Both the position numbers and the translations under genes were made by a program. Below are positions 17,621 through 26,777 of a DNA stretch of 37,311 bases, piece after piece. The notes beneath the pieces are model-generated. The model did not search any database. It was not told the DNA's origin and saw only the letters and a program-made list of their open reading frames with translations. Location: the sequence record NC_048037.1. One strand, 5' to 3'. How positions within the stretch are numbered: the stretch's first letter is position 1; each line of letters starts with the position of its first letter.

Positions 17621-17857
17621 ATGCTATATAAGGGTGCTTTGAAATTCGGTAACCTCGATATAGATTGTAACCCATGTGTGGTCAGGGGTGAATACTTTTA
17701 TCAGAACGACCTCCTCGTAGTGTCAAAAGGTATAGTAATATTAAAAAGCGTTGATGATGTTATCGTGATAACCAACCAACGGGTGATAAGGATACCCATA
17801 GTAGCATTACAAACGATACTTACAAACAAAAACATGTTATCGGTGATAGGCATATGA
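17621..17857 (+). CDS. Small CxxC beta-rich protein (78 aa)
   Basis: First gene of a coupled cluster; CNPC. Confidence 0.65.
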   Translation: MLYKGALKFGNLDIDCNPCVVRGEYFYQNDLLVVSKGIVILKSVDDVIVITNQRVIRIPIVALQTILTNKNMLSVIGI

Positions 17858-18120
17858 AGTTATTAACTAATGTGGTAGTTAGAGACTACGTTACCGGTAA
17901 AGAGTTGGAAAAGAAGATGGTATTTGCACAAGTGTTCGAGAAAACGCTAGATAGAGTATATGATGTTGGTATAATCATTGAGAACGTTCAAGGTGAAACG
18001 TATATTATACAACCCCAACTTGCTATCAAGATAGATGAAGAACTATTGAAGAAGATAAATGAGACTCAGATAACGGACTCATCAATTTATATAGCTGAAT
18101 TCCCGGGGGTGTACAACTGA
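17854..18120 (+). CDS. Hypothetical protein (88 aa)
   Basis: GGTGA SD, ATGA overlap. Confidence 0.7.
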   Translation: MKLLTNVVVRDYVTGKELEKKMVFAQVFEKTLDRVYDVGIIIENVQGETYIIQPQLAIKIDEELLKKINETQITDSSIYIAEFPGVYN

Positions 18121-18323
18121 TGCCATCGTATTGGTCTATTTTCCAGTTTATTGAAAACCTATTCTGGTTAATAAAAAATAGAAAACATTATACGGAAACG
18201 ATATCTATGATGATTGACGTTGTAAACCACGCTTTCATTTGTTATGACTATGATAAAATACTTGACAGTGTAAAGGGAGACAAGGAGGCGTATGAGAGAT
18301 TAGAAAAGTTGAGGATATGCTAA
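18120..18323 (+). CDS. Hypothetical protein (67 aa)
   Basis: TGATG coupling. Confidence 0.65.
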   Translation: MPSYWSIFQFIENLFWLIKNRKHYTETISMMIDVVNHAFICYDYDKILDSVKGDKEAYERLEKLRIC

Positions 18324-18671
18324 ATGAACGGGTCATATACGCTATGTACGTATCAACTAAAAAGATACTTAAACGTTATGGTAAAGGACATTAAAGCGAT
18401 AAAGAAGAAGGGCTATACGGTTGTAGGACTCGTATACGATTTCGTTGATTTCTATTCAATCATTGCAATTGCTAATAAGGAGAACGGCTTTACTTTACAA
18501 CAGCTAAGTGAACTGGAGACGCTATGGGGTATGTTCTGTGCGAGACTGGAAGGGTATAATTACACCGAACCCCTGTGTTATGAGAAATTTAATGTAGGCA
18601 CCCAATTAAATACCTGTTGTTTCGGTGATGAGGAGTGCTTAAGTCTAGACTCTATTCTGCAATCTTTGTAA
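18324..18671 (+). CDS. Hypothetical protein (115 aa)
   Basis: Directly follows the previous stop; Cys-containing C-terminus. Confidence 0.7.
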   Translation: MNGSYTLCTYQLKRYLNVMVKDIKAIKKKGYTVVGLVYDFVDFYSIIAIANKENGFTLQQLSELETLWGMFCARLEGYNYTEPLCYEKFNVGTQLNTCCFGDEECLSLDSILQSL

Positions 18672-18937
18672 TTTTAATAATTACAGCAATAATATTAATT
18701 GTAGACCCTGATATATATACTATTATTGCTTTTGTTTCATCCGTTATCGGTATAATATATACTACTTATAACCTAATGGTAAAGGAGATAGAGAATACTG
18801 TGTATCGACTCTACGAACAAAGACTTAGGAGTGACATCCACAACGACATAGAACAAATCATATACCAAGTTTACGAGCAAAAACTAAAAAATGATATAAA
18901 GGACATGATTGAAAATTATTTACGTAATCCTAAGTAA
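18635..18937 (+). CDS. Membrane-anchored helical protein (100 aa)
   Basis: GGTGA SD; N-terminal hydrophobic segments followed by a duplicated helical motif. Confidence 0.75.
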   Translation: MLKSRLYSAIFVILIITAIILIVDPDIYTIIAFVSSVIGIIYTTYNLMVKEIENTVYRLYEQRLRSDIHNDIEQIIYQVYEQKLKNDIKDMIENYLRNPK

Positions 18938-19212
18938 TTCAGATATAGCCCGTAACCCAAGTAAATAGGTAAAACTACCAGCATCATGATTAGGTCAAAC
19001 GTGTACACTGCGTAAAAAGTGACCAGCCCTATTACATTACTTATAATAAGTGTTGAGAGTTTAAGGTTTCGCATTATCGCGAAAACGTTTTCATACGTTA
19101 GCCATACTAAAAATATACTTAATAATATATAATTATGATAACAGTGAAGTATCAGTGCAAACAAAATGTATAAAGCATATGCGAAACGTATTTCGTGATC
19201 AGTTTTTTGCAT
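18916..19212 (-). CDS. Multi-pass membrane protein (98 aa)
   Basis: Three to four hydrophobic segments. Confidence 0.7.
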   Translation of the reverse strand: MQKTDHEIRFAYALYILFALILHCYHNYILLSIFLVWLTYENVFAIMRNLKLSTLIISNVIGLVTFYAVYTFDLIMMLVVLPIYLGYGLYLNYLGLRK

Positions 19213-19462
19213 TGCTACTTACAAAGTCGTAGTGAAAGTTAATAAAATGTTTTGCGTATTGCGATGGAGCGAATTCCCTATTACATAAGACGCATTTCAC
19301 CTTATCTTCTCCCACCTTGTAATATATCGTGATTATTCTGTCAATTGACGGTAGTTTTACGTCCTTATGGATATATTCATAACACCATCCCCTTAGTCTA
19401 TGCGTTCGTGGTAGGACGGTGCCATCGCGTTTCTCTACACATTCGTAAAAGTTTTTCAGCAT
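19199..19462 (-). CDS. C2H2 zinc-finger protein (~87 aa)
   Basis: KCVLCNREFAPSQYAKHFINFH; start MLKNFY preferred over 19507. Confidence 0.7.
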   Translation of the reverse strand: MLKNFYECVEKRDGTVLPRTHRLRGWCYEYIHKDVKLPSIDRIITIYYKVGEDKVKCVLCNREFAPSQYAKHFINFHYDFVSSNAKN

Positions 19463-19539
19463 CTCATCTCCGTAGAACGATTTAATGTGACATAACTTTA
19501 GCCACACGATATAGCGTTCGGGGAATATGTATTTGTAGT

Positions 19540-20466
19540 TTAGAAGAGTTGCAATTGCTTAATCACCTCTTTAACATAAAATTTTTCAGCGTGTTTTTTA
19601 ACTTTTCTCGATAATTCTTCATAATCTTCCCGTTTCATTCCCCTTGCGTATTCCGTCAACTCCAACATTTCCTTTTCATCAAAATAATAGAAACGATGGG
19701 GCATTGCAGGAGTATCAATTACGTCGTAACCCTGACACTTGACGGAGAGACCTATTAACCAGTCCTTATAAGCGTGACACTCCGGGAAAATGGGTATCGT
19801 ACCCACTCCCATAGCCTCAACGGGAGGGAGACCGAACCCCTCACTGTGGGATAACGCTAAGTAAAACCTAGCCCTAGCTAATAACAGGTACTTCTCTTCC
19901 TGTGTTAGTGAATGGTATTTTATATCCGCAAAAGAATCATGAGATACGAGGACTTTCTTACCCTTCACGAGACGGTAAAGTTTTACATTCTTTTTATCAT
20001 ATATGACAGTGTCGTTATCCATATACACATAACGTGAAACTTTAAACCACTTTTTATCATTAGTCCTAATATTCGCTCCTATCATTACGAAATCCAGATC
20101 TTTCGTTTTCACTTCCGTTTTACTTATTGTCTTTTCATCTATGGGTCTCGGGACTATCCCGTCAACGTGGACACCGGCTTCCCTTATCATCTCTGCGTTC
20201 CAACTGGATGTGGTGTAAACTTTACCCTTGAAGTCCGGGAACTTTTTCGTTATGTGGATTGGTGTGTCAACCCATATGATAATGTCATCTCTCTCCTTGT
20301 GGTGCTGAAAACTGTTGAAAAAGTGATATGCGTCACTTATGTTCAGTTTCCCTACGCTGAACACTACGGGTATCAATGTGTAATCCGTTAGATTGTTGTT
20401 TATCGTTTGTATTATATACGTGAAACTACACGGACTACAAGGTACATGTGTTATAATACCGTACAT
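19540..20466 (-). CDS. GT-B fold (GT4-like) glycosyltransferase (308 aa)
   Basis: YTTSSWN, IVPRPID, LSHSEGFGLPPVEAMGVG. Confidence 0.9.
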   Translation of the reverse strand: MYGIITHVPCSPCSFTYIIQTINNNLTDYTLIPVVFSVGKLNISDAYHFFNSFQHHKERDDIIIWVDTPIHITKKFPDFKGKVYTTSSWNAEMIREAGVHVDGIVPRPIDEKTISKTEVKTKDLDFVMIGANIRTNDKKWFKVSRYVYMDNDTVIYDKKNVKLYRLVKGKKVLVSHDSFADIKYHSLTQEEKYLLLARARFYLALSHSEGFGLPPVEAMGVGTIPIFPECHAYKDWLIGLSVKCQGYDVIDTPAMPHRFYYFDEKEMLELTEYARGMKREDYEELSRKVKKHAEKFYVKEVIKQLQLF

Positions 20467-20498
20467 AACTAAGTATCAGAAAAAAGATGGTAAAAAAA

Positions 20499-21158
20499 CT
20501 ATGCGAACTGAATTGTAAACGGAACGAGAAGTGTGTTAGGAGCGTTTAGTTTGAATTGTAAAGCGAAAGGTAAAGTTGTGGTTGAGACGTAAGTGGTACC
20601 GGCACTATTCGTAGTATCAAAAGTAATAGTGAAGTTAGTATAAGTGGTAGACGTGGTTTCAAAACATGAAAATAGGAATGTAATGTTACTCTGTTGTACA
20701 ATTACTGATTGTAATGACGTACACGTACCACTAGCGATACTGTAACTCTTATAAGTCCCGGAAAAGCCAAAGTTTAGTATCCTTTTCACAAGTCCTACGG
20801 GGTCATCTACTATCCATATCCATTCAATTGTATACGTACCCGGTGATAGATAAAGCGTAGTATTTACTTGGCTGGCAAGAAATTGAAACCCGTTAAATGT
20901 GGCATAAAGTAAAAGGCTCGTGACCTTCACATTGGCTATAAGGCTAAACGTCCCAGTCCAAACAAAATTACTATATGTCATTGTCACATAGATACCTTCC
21001 ATATAAACCGTAGGTTTTGATGACCCGGATGGAGGTGAATTAGTGAACACTTTATAAAGTACCGAGAGTAATGATGTAAAATTTATGTTATTTTTTATCT
21101 CATATAATACTTTACCTTGCTGTTTTATCCTCACGATACCGTCAATTTTAACTTTCAC
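20499..21158 (-). CDS. Virion-end beta-sandwich protein, paralog family (219 aa)
   Basis: S/T/N-rich, N-x-S/T sequons, shares family motifs (see finding). Confidence 0.75.
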   Translation of the reverse strand: MKVKIDGIVRIKQQGKVLYEIKNNINFTSLLSVLYKVFTNSPPSGSSKPTVYMEGIYVTMTYSNFVWTGTFSLIANVKVTSLLLYATFNGFQFLASQVNTTLYLSPGTYTIEWIWIVDDPVGLVKRILNFGFSGTYKSYSIASGTCTSLQSVIVQQSNITFLFSCFETTSTTYTNFTITFDTTNSAGTTYVSTTTLPFALQFKLNAPNTLLVPFTIQFA

Positions 21159-22252
21159 TATGATGTCACCGTAATCGCTTCAAGAAAAGTAATAACGGGT
21201 TCTGATGATGATGGAGCGGGTATTTGAATGTTAAAATTACCAAATATTTCAAGACCGCATCCTAAAAATGCTTGATTAGGCGGTGCACAAGCTGAACATG
21301 ACAAGTTAACCGCTATTAAGCCCAAATTAGTAACCAAAATACCATTAATATATCCTATTTCACTACTACTACTGATCGGGTTATTGAATAACGTTAATAA
21401 TATAAAATATGGTTGTCCGTTACCTGAGATATATACAAAACCGTTTACTTTACTAACGCCTATAGTACTATAGTTTTGTCCACAATAAGTATTACTTGTC
21501 CCCGCACTAGTAATAACTAGAATACCGTTTTGAACCACAGGATAATAACCCGTATTATTATAGAACATGAATACAAGCCATGTAATTGTATTATATTGCT
21601 GTGGATTCGTATAGTTATTTATAATTTGTATCTCCCATAGGAATGAATATATAGATGAGCTATTTAATGTAAGAGACAAATTTAATTCTGCAAATATTAC
21701 AGGTCCATAATATGTAACGTAACTAGTATATGTACCACTAGCACAACCAAAATTAACATTGGGACATCCAGTACCAACGGTAGCATATGCAAAACTTATA
21801 TATAATTTTAATTGACTTATAGTCACAGTTGAACCGGGAGTATAAGTTGCAATATAATATATGATACCTGTTGTTGGACTTATAACTTGTGGAATACCTG
21901 TAACTGCAAGATTCACATTAACTCCACTATTAAGTATTATAATCAGTTGACCACTATATGAACCCGATGATACGGCGGTACTTTGTCTCAAAGCACCGCT
22001 AATCGTATTGAGAAAATAATAAGCTCCGGCTTGCGTAACTTGGTTGTGAGCAGATGTTATTTTTTTAACCTTATCCACAACCTTTACCTTTACTCTCGCT
22101 ATCTCACCCAGTTTCGGACTCCTACTAATCATATCAACTTCCCTAGTTCCGGTACCTTCAATGATATGTAAATTTAGTTTGAGTTTTATTTCTCTCTTCT
22201 TCATCTTCTTCAACAAATCCTCAAAGTTAACATTTTGAACCTTAACCTTCAT
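21158..22252 (-). CDS. Virion-end beta-sandwich protein, paralog family (364 aa)
   Basis: HNQVTQAG, TISQLKLY, SIYSFLWEI; Cys-containing inserts. Confidence 0.8.
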   Translation of the reverse strand: MKVKVQNVNFEDLLKKMKKREIKLKLNLHIIEGTGTREVDMISRSPKLGEIARVKVKVVDKVKKITSAHNQVTQAGAYYFLNTISGALRQSTAVSSGSYSGQLIIILNSGVNVNLAVTGIPQVISPTTGIIYYIATYTPGSTVTISQLKLYISFAYATVGTGCPNVNFGCASGTYTSYVTYYGPVIFAELNLSLTLNSSSIYSFLWEIQIINNYTNPQQYNTITWLVFMFYNNTGYYPVVQNGILVITSAGTSNTYCGQNYSTIGVSKVNGFVYISGNGQPYFILLTLFNNPISSSSEIGYINGILVTNLGLIAVNLSCSACAPPNQAFLGCGLEIFGNFNIQIPAPSSSEPVITFLEAITVTS

Positions 22253-22288
22253 ATAGTTATTTAAGTATCGCTAAAATAAAAATCTTAT
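22253..22288. promoter_or_regulatory. Overlapping divergent promoters
   Basis: TTATTTAA at 22257-22264 (+) and a T-rich box at about 22284-22277 (-). Confidence 0.55.
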
Positions 22289-22981
22289 ATGAGTAGTACA
22301 AATGCGGTTTACAGTGCATTAGTCAAAAACTCCCTTAGTGTAAGTTGGCAAATAATAACATCAACCGGTTCTACAATATCACCCCAAGCAATAATATTCC
22401 AAATAAACTCAAGAACTGAATTTATAATAGTACTCACGGATGATACATTTAACTCTTATACGGCTACTCAAGTCGTGTTATTAATTAACGGTTATAAGAT
22501 GTTAACCATCCCCATAAATATAGTGAAACAATCCTATCAAACACTCGCAATAGCATTACAAGTTACAGTTGAAGCACAGCCTTGGGAAGCCAACCTAACA
22601 CAAGATATACTATACGCATTAGTAGGTTATTTGTACAATTGGACGGTAACACAGTGGTATCTCGTAATAAATAGACCTATCCTAGCACACACAACAAGGA
22701 CTACCACAGCAGTACATACCACATATTATTGTGCTACATCACAAGTTTCATCCATTGGAAGCGGTAGTGCTAATTACTCTGTAGCCACAACAACACCATC
22801 AACCGTTTTATCACTCTCAATAAACTATTCCCAATGTCAAGCGATCAAACCAACAACACTTATAATCAGTGATTCATTAGGTAACAAAAACACTACATTA
22901 ATATCAGGCATTGAATCAACAACGTGTCCTTACGGTAAATCATGCACTGCAACACTTATTATCCATTTCAACGCATTTTAA
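22289..22981 (+). CDS. Virion-end beta-sandwich protein, paralog family (230 aa)
   Basis: YTATQVVLL motif, Thr-rich, four Cys. Confidence 0.75.
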   Translation: MSSTNAVYSALVKNSLSVSWQIITSTGSTISPQAIIFQINSRTEFIIVLTDDTFNSYTATQVVLLINGYKMLTIPINIVKQSYQTLAIALQVTVEAQPWEANLTQDILYALVGYLYNWTVTQWYLVINRPILAHTTRTTTAVHTTYYCATSQVSSIGSGSANYSVATTTPSTVLSLSINYSQCQAIKPTTLIISDSLGNKNTTLISGIESTTCPYGKSCTATLIIHFNAF

Positions 22982-22984
22982 AAT

Positions 22985-23341
22985 ATGGCACAAGCAGTAC
23001 TTGGTATATTGGGATCTGTAGGTGGTGGGATAGGAGGAGGACTAAGCGGTATTGCGGATGCCATAGGTAGGGTTGTAAGCGGGATAGTTAGAACTGTGGG
23101 AAGGGGGTTTGACACCATTGCTAGAGCTTTCGGTAAATTCGTTGACTGGTTTTCACGAATCGCGTCACGACTCGCAAGGCTTATATTACATTATTTCCGT
23201 ATCCTAGCACGGTACTTTTTAGTATTACTTAAATACTCAGCTAGAGTAATGATAAACTTTTACAATAATTTTCAACGTGACCCTCTAACTTCATTACAAT
23301 TTATTGGTAGTATGGCAATACTCATAAATAGTGGTCTATAA
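22985..23341 (+). CDS. Amphipathic 11-residue-repeat protein (118 aa), probably structural
   Basis: GLSGIADAIGR/VVSGIVRTVGR/GFDTIARAFGK/FVDWFSRIASR... Confidence 0.75.
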   Translation: MAQAVLGILGSVGGGIGGGLSGIADAIGRVVSGIVRTVGRGFDTIARAFGKFVDWFSRIASRLARLILHYFRILARYFLVLLKYSARVMINFYNNFQRDPLTSLQFIGSMAILINSGL

Positions 23342-23751
23342 TGAGCATCCCGATTCCTGATGAAATAAAACCGTTTACAAAAAACATACAATTTGATGTT
23401 AATTCGCAGTCGTTTATAGTAACGATATCTGCAAAACTATTCTTTTCAACACTATTAGCAAACCAGACAGTAAACCAAAACACGACAAATTTCAACATTT
23501 TAAATGTCACGAAAGCCAACGAAAAGATTTACGTTTATGTAAAGCCTAACGTTAACCTAACCGACCCTTTCGAGGGGTTTGAAGGGAGATTCGTTATTAA
23601 CCAAGCAAAATTAGATAAGATGATACTTGAGAACGCACAAAACGTAAGAATTTATTATAAACAAGAAAACGATGACCTCTTAATCCTACTTGTAGTACCG
23701 ATGGGTGATATAAGTGCCAAAAGTCCAAGTACTTCTCCAGTTGGCTGGTAA
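23341..23751 (+). CDS. Hypothetical beta-rich protein (136 aa)
   Basis: TAATG coupling inside the structural block. Confidence 0.75.
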   Translation: MSIPIPDEIKPFTKNIQFDVNSQSFIVTISAKLFFSTLLANQTVNQNTTNFNILNVTKANEKIYVYVKPNVNLTDPFEGFEGRFVINQAKLDKMILENAQNVRIYYKQENDDLLILLVVPMGDISAKSPSTSPVGW

Positions 23752-24415
23752 AGTAGAAATTGACGCTACGTACAAGAACACAATAAACAACTCGTTCATA
23801 AATTACCTAAACCAAGCGTTCCAGGGTCAACAGCCACTAATTAAATCGTACCAAATATACGAATCTATAAACAACGTTACCGTACCAGCGACAATAACTA
23901 AAACGACTACAGAGTTAAACCAAATCACGATCACACTGCAAGCCCTACTTCAGAACCTCCAGTCCAACAACGTAGACTTGCATTTACAAGCTGTCCTAAC
24001 TAACAACAGTCTGGTAGAAATAGCGTCAGTCTCAACGACAGTTCAAGTACTGTTAGGAAAAGCCGTGATAACGTGGACTATAATAATAAACATTAACACA
24101 TTCCAATCCGGTATACTCGTAAACTTCTTTCCCCTATACCAGTTCTTATTGAACTTCTTCACTAACAGTACACTATTAAAACAACAAGCTCCGCAGATTA
24201 ACGTTACTCCCACACCGTACGCACAAAATATACAAGGTCTGTCATTCACTATTATTTATAACAACTACCAACAAGGTGGGAATTGCCCGATTGTGGTAAT
24301 GACCCTTTATTACATATTACTGGGTAATACGGTATTGAGTGTTGAGTATGGCTTTATATGTACACCGTCACCATCGCTATTAAACTTCTTCGAGTTCTCA
24401 TTAAATATTTCATAA
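23714..24415 (+). CDS. Virion-end beta-sandwich protein, paralog family (233 aa)
   Basis: GGTGA SD; GKVEIDATYKNTINNSF, AVITWTI. Confidence 0.75.
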   Translation: MPKVQVLLQLAGKVEIDATYKNTINNSFINYLNQAFQGQQPLIKSYQIYESINNVTVPATITKTTTELNQITITLQALLQNLQSNNVDLHLQAVLTNNSLVEIASVSTTVQVLLGKAVITWTIIININTFQSGILVNFFPLYQFLLNFFTNSTLLKQQAPQINVTPTPYAQNIQGLSFTIIYNNYQQGGNCPIVVMTLYYILLGNTVLSVEYGFICTPSPSLLNFFEFSLNIS

Positions 24416-24492
24416 TATATAAAAATGTATAACCAAAGGATTTCATATCATTGACTATGAGACTTTTTATATTCACAATAAAATATAATTTC

Positions 24493-24801
24493 ATGCAAGC
24501 TGAAAAAATATACCTTATGGAGTTAATTGAAAAAATAAAAAATTTCGCAGACAATGAACCACCGAGCATGAAAACGTTCTCCGTTAAGCCCGACTTCACG
24601 AAAGAAGAATTAATAAACGCTATGATCCGGGTAGGTTTTGAATTAACACACATAGATTACGTGATAAGACATACTACACAAACCAACATGTGGGAAATGG
24701 AATTCAAACTAAACGAACATAAATACTGTCTTATAACTACGTTCATAATAATAACGGATGGCTCAACAACTGATTATAATATAACTTGTTACTACAGATA
24801 A
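24493..24801 (+). CDS. Hypothetical protein (~102 aa, start MQAEKI)
   Basis: ATG at 24493 with TTTTTATA about 25 nt upstream. Confidence 0.65.
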   Translation: MQAEKIYLMELIEKIKNFADNEPPSMKTFSVKPDFTKEELINAMIRVGFELTHIDYVIRHTTQTNMWEMEFKLNEHKYCLITTFIIITDGSTTDYNITCYYR

Positions 24802-24907
24802 TACGTTTACTTATATAGCACGTGATTCATGATAATCATTTTTTTACTCGTACACGTATTTTTACATATGAAAGTGAAGTTGAGAAGTAAAGTTGAGGTG
24901 AAACTTA

Positions 24908-25897
24908 GTGCAAATCAAACTGAGGGGCAGAGTACAAATAGTAATAGGAAAGACAAGAATAGCGAAAACAAATGACGTCAGTTCGGATTTCGCTATCGCA
25001 CTAGGAAAAACGGTACTTTCAGGCACATTAGGAGGTTACGGTTACGGATCCGGGTTCGCATTACCAACACAAGTAGTAATCGTATTACTTAACAATAACG
25101 CAGTAGTTACAACAATATCAACAAACATAACTAAATTCAACGACCAAATAACAACCAACGGTGAACTAACAAGTGTAACGTTCGTAGGAAGTGACGCAAC
25201 ACCGGTACAATATACATTTAACCAGCTTGAATTATACACTGTAGTCCAGAACACACTTTACCTGAAAATAGCCACAGTAACATTACAGAACCCACTAACA
25301 AAAAACATCAACGATATAGTAAACGTAACGTGGACTGAGGAAATAATATCATCATCTTCACTAATAAATTTCACAAACACACAACAAGCGTGTTCACAAT
25401 GCTCAACCACATGTAACACGTCAACGTTATCACAAGCGTCAAACACGGCAAGTGTGGTTAACCTCGTGTGGGCATTACTCATAATACCGAACGCTAATAC
25501 AATAGTCTCACAAATATCAACCCCGTTGTCAAGCTACATAACACAAGTATACACGTATTACTTAGCAAACAATAAACTACCTAACATTCTAGGAATAACA
25601 AACATTATCCTAACAGACCAATGCCTTAACGTGATAGAAAACGCGTCAATTGTATCACCTATCATAACGTATGGTTTAACCGGAACCGAAGCCATAGTAT
25701 CACTCGCAGTGTTCATTACACCCGCACAAAGCGTGTATTACGCGTTACCAGTCTTCACAATACAAGGCGTACTATCTGCGTTTTTAGGAATAGTACAAGT
25801 ACAAAACCCGAGTCAAATAACAGCAGGTCAAATAAGCATAATATTACAAATACCGTACGGCTCATCAACATTACAGGCACTAAACATAAATGAGTGA
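24908..25897 (+). CDS. Virion-end beta-sandwich protein, paralog family (329 aa)
   Basis: GAGGTGA SD at 24895-24901; YTFNQLELY, IVNVTWTE; Cys-rich linker CSQCSTTC. Confidence 0.8.
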   Translation: MQIKLRGRVQIVIGKTRIAKTNDVSSDFAIALGKTVLSGTLGGYGYGSGFALPTQVVIVLLNNNAVVTTISTNITKFNDQITTNGELTSVTFVGSDATPVQYTFNQLELYTVVQNTLYLKIATVTLQNPLTKNINDIVNVTWTEEIISSSSLINFTNTQQACSQCSTTCNTSTLSQASNTASVVNLVWALLIIPNANTIVSQISTPLSSYITQVYTYYLANNKLPNILGITNIILTDQCLNVIENASIVSPIITYGLTGTEAIVSLAVFITPAQSVYYALPVFTIQGVLSAFLGIVQVQNPSQITAGQISIILQIPYGSSTLQALNINE

Positions 25898-26777
25898 TAA
25901 AATGCCCGTTACTACCGATTTCATCAATTTAGCAGAACAACTTACACTTAACGGATATAAGAGTACATCCGCATACGTACAAGGTCTCCAAGTCCAAAGC
26001 ACGTTTTACATAGTCCTATTAAATAACGGGAACGTGGTAGCACAACTCCCCGTTTCACAATTCAAGTATAACGAAATAAGCCAAAACGAGCAAGCACTTA
26101 TCTACACTGCAATTGACAGCAGTTCAAACACGTATACGTTCAACGAGGTACAATTATGGGCTGGTAACCAATACATTATAACAGATGATATACTACAGCA
26201 GAGCGTCACGAAAAACCCGGGAATTTCCGTAACCGTAAACGTGGCAATAGAACTTTCAATAGAGACTAATACTTATCAAGGAACGATCAACATAACACGT
26301 ATAACACCCGTAGGACCTGTGAAAACACCGATCCCGGCATACTCATTCTGGTTATACGTATCGGGTAACTGTCACGCCATATCCACACCCATCTTCATAG
26401 TAAATTACATCATCCTCACGTTACTTATACCAACGTCATTCTATAATAATATACAAAACACGTTGTTCATGCAAACGTATAACCAACTAAACGTCCCCAT
26501 AAACGAGTTTAACGGAATCTCACTAATTGCCGTAGCGTTACCTTCAGCGATTATAAATATCGCAAATAGGCTAATCCCGCAAAGCGTGTCTTATCAATGT
26601 ACGACCTTACCACCTAATACACCGTTTAAACCTTCCACGACATATTCCTCAACTCTTGTAGGAGCATTCATGGACATGGGAGGAATTAAAGTACAAGTAA
26701 TAACAATACTCAATAAGCAACTACTCGCCACAACAAACTATTACATATTTCAAATAGTGGTGATACAAAATGAGTAA
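25890..26777 (+). CDS. Virion-end beta-sandwich protein, paralog family (295 aa)
   Basis: VLLNNGNVV, YTFNEVQLW, SVTKNP; clear paralog of 24908-25897. Confidence 0.8.
   Translation: MSDKMPVTTDFINLAEQLTLNGYKSTSAYVQGLQVQSTFYIVLLNNGNVVAQLPVSQFKYNEISQNEQALIYTAIDSSSNTYTFNEVQLWAGNQYIITDDILQQSVTKNPGISVTVNVAIELSIETNTYQGTINITRITPVGPVKTPIPAYSFWLYVSGNCHAISTPIFIVNYIILTLLIPTSFYNNIQNTLFMQTYNQLNVPINEFNGISLIAVALPSAIINIANRLIPQSVSYQCTTLPPNTPFKPSTTYSSTLVGAFMDMGGIKVQVITILNKQLLATTNYYIFQIVVIQNE

Noticed and set aside
18381-18420. KDIKAIKKKG similar to KEIKAIKKRG at about 12526-12555 (shared AAAGCGATAAAGAA)
   Set aside because: Only 14 identical nt in A-rich, Lys-rich sequence; the rest of the proteins do not align.
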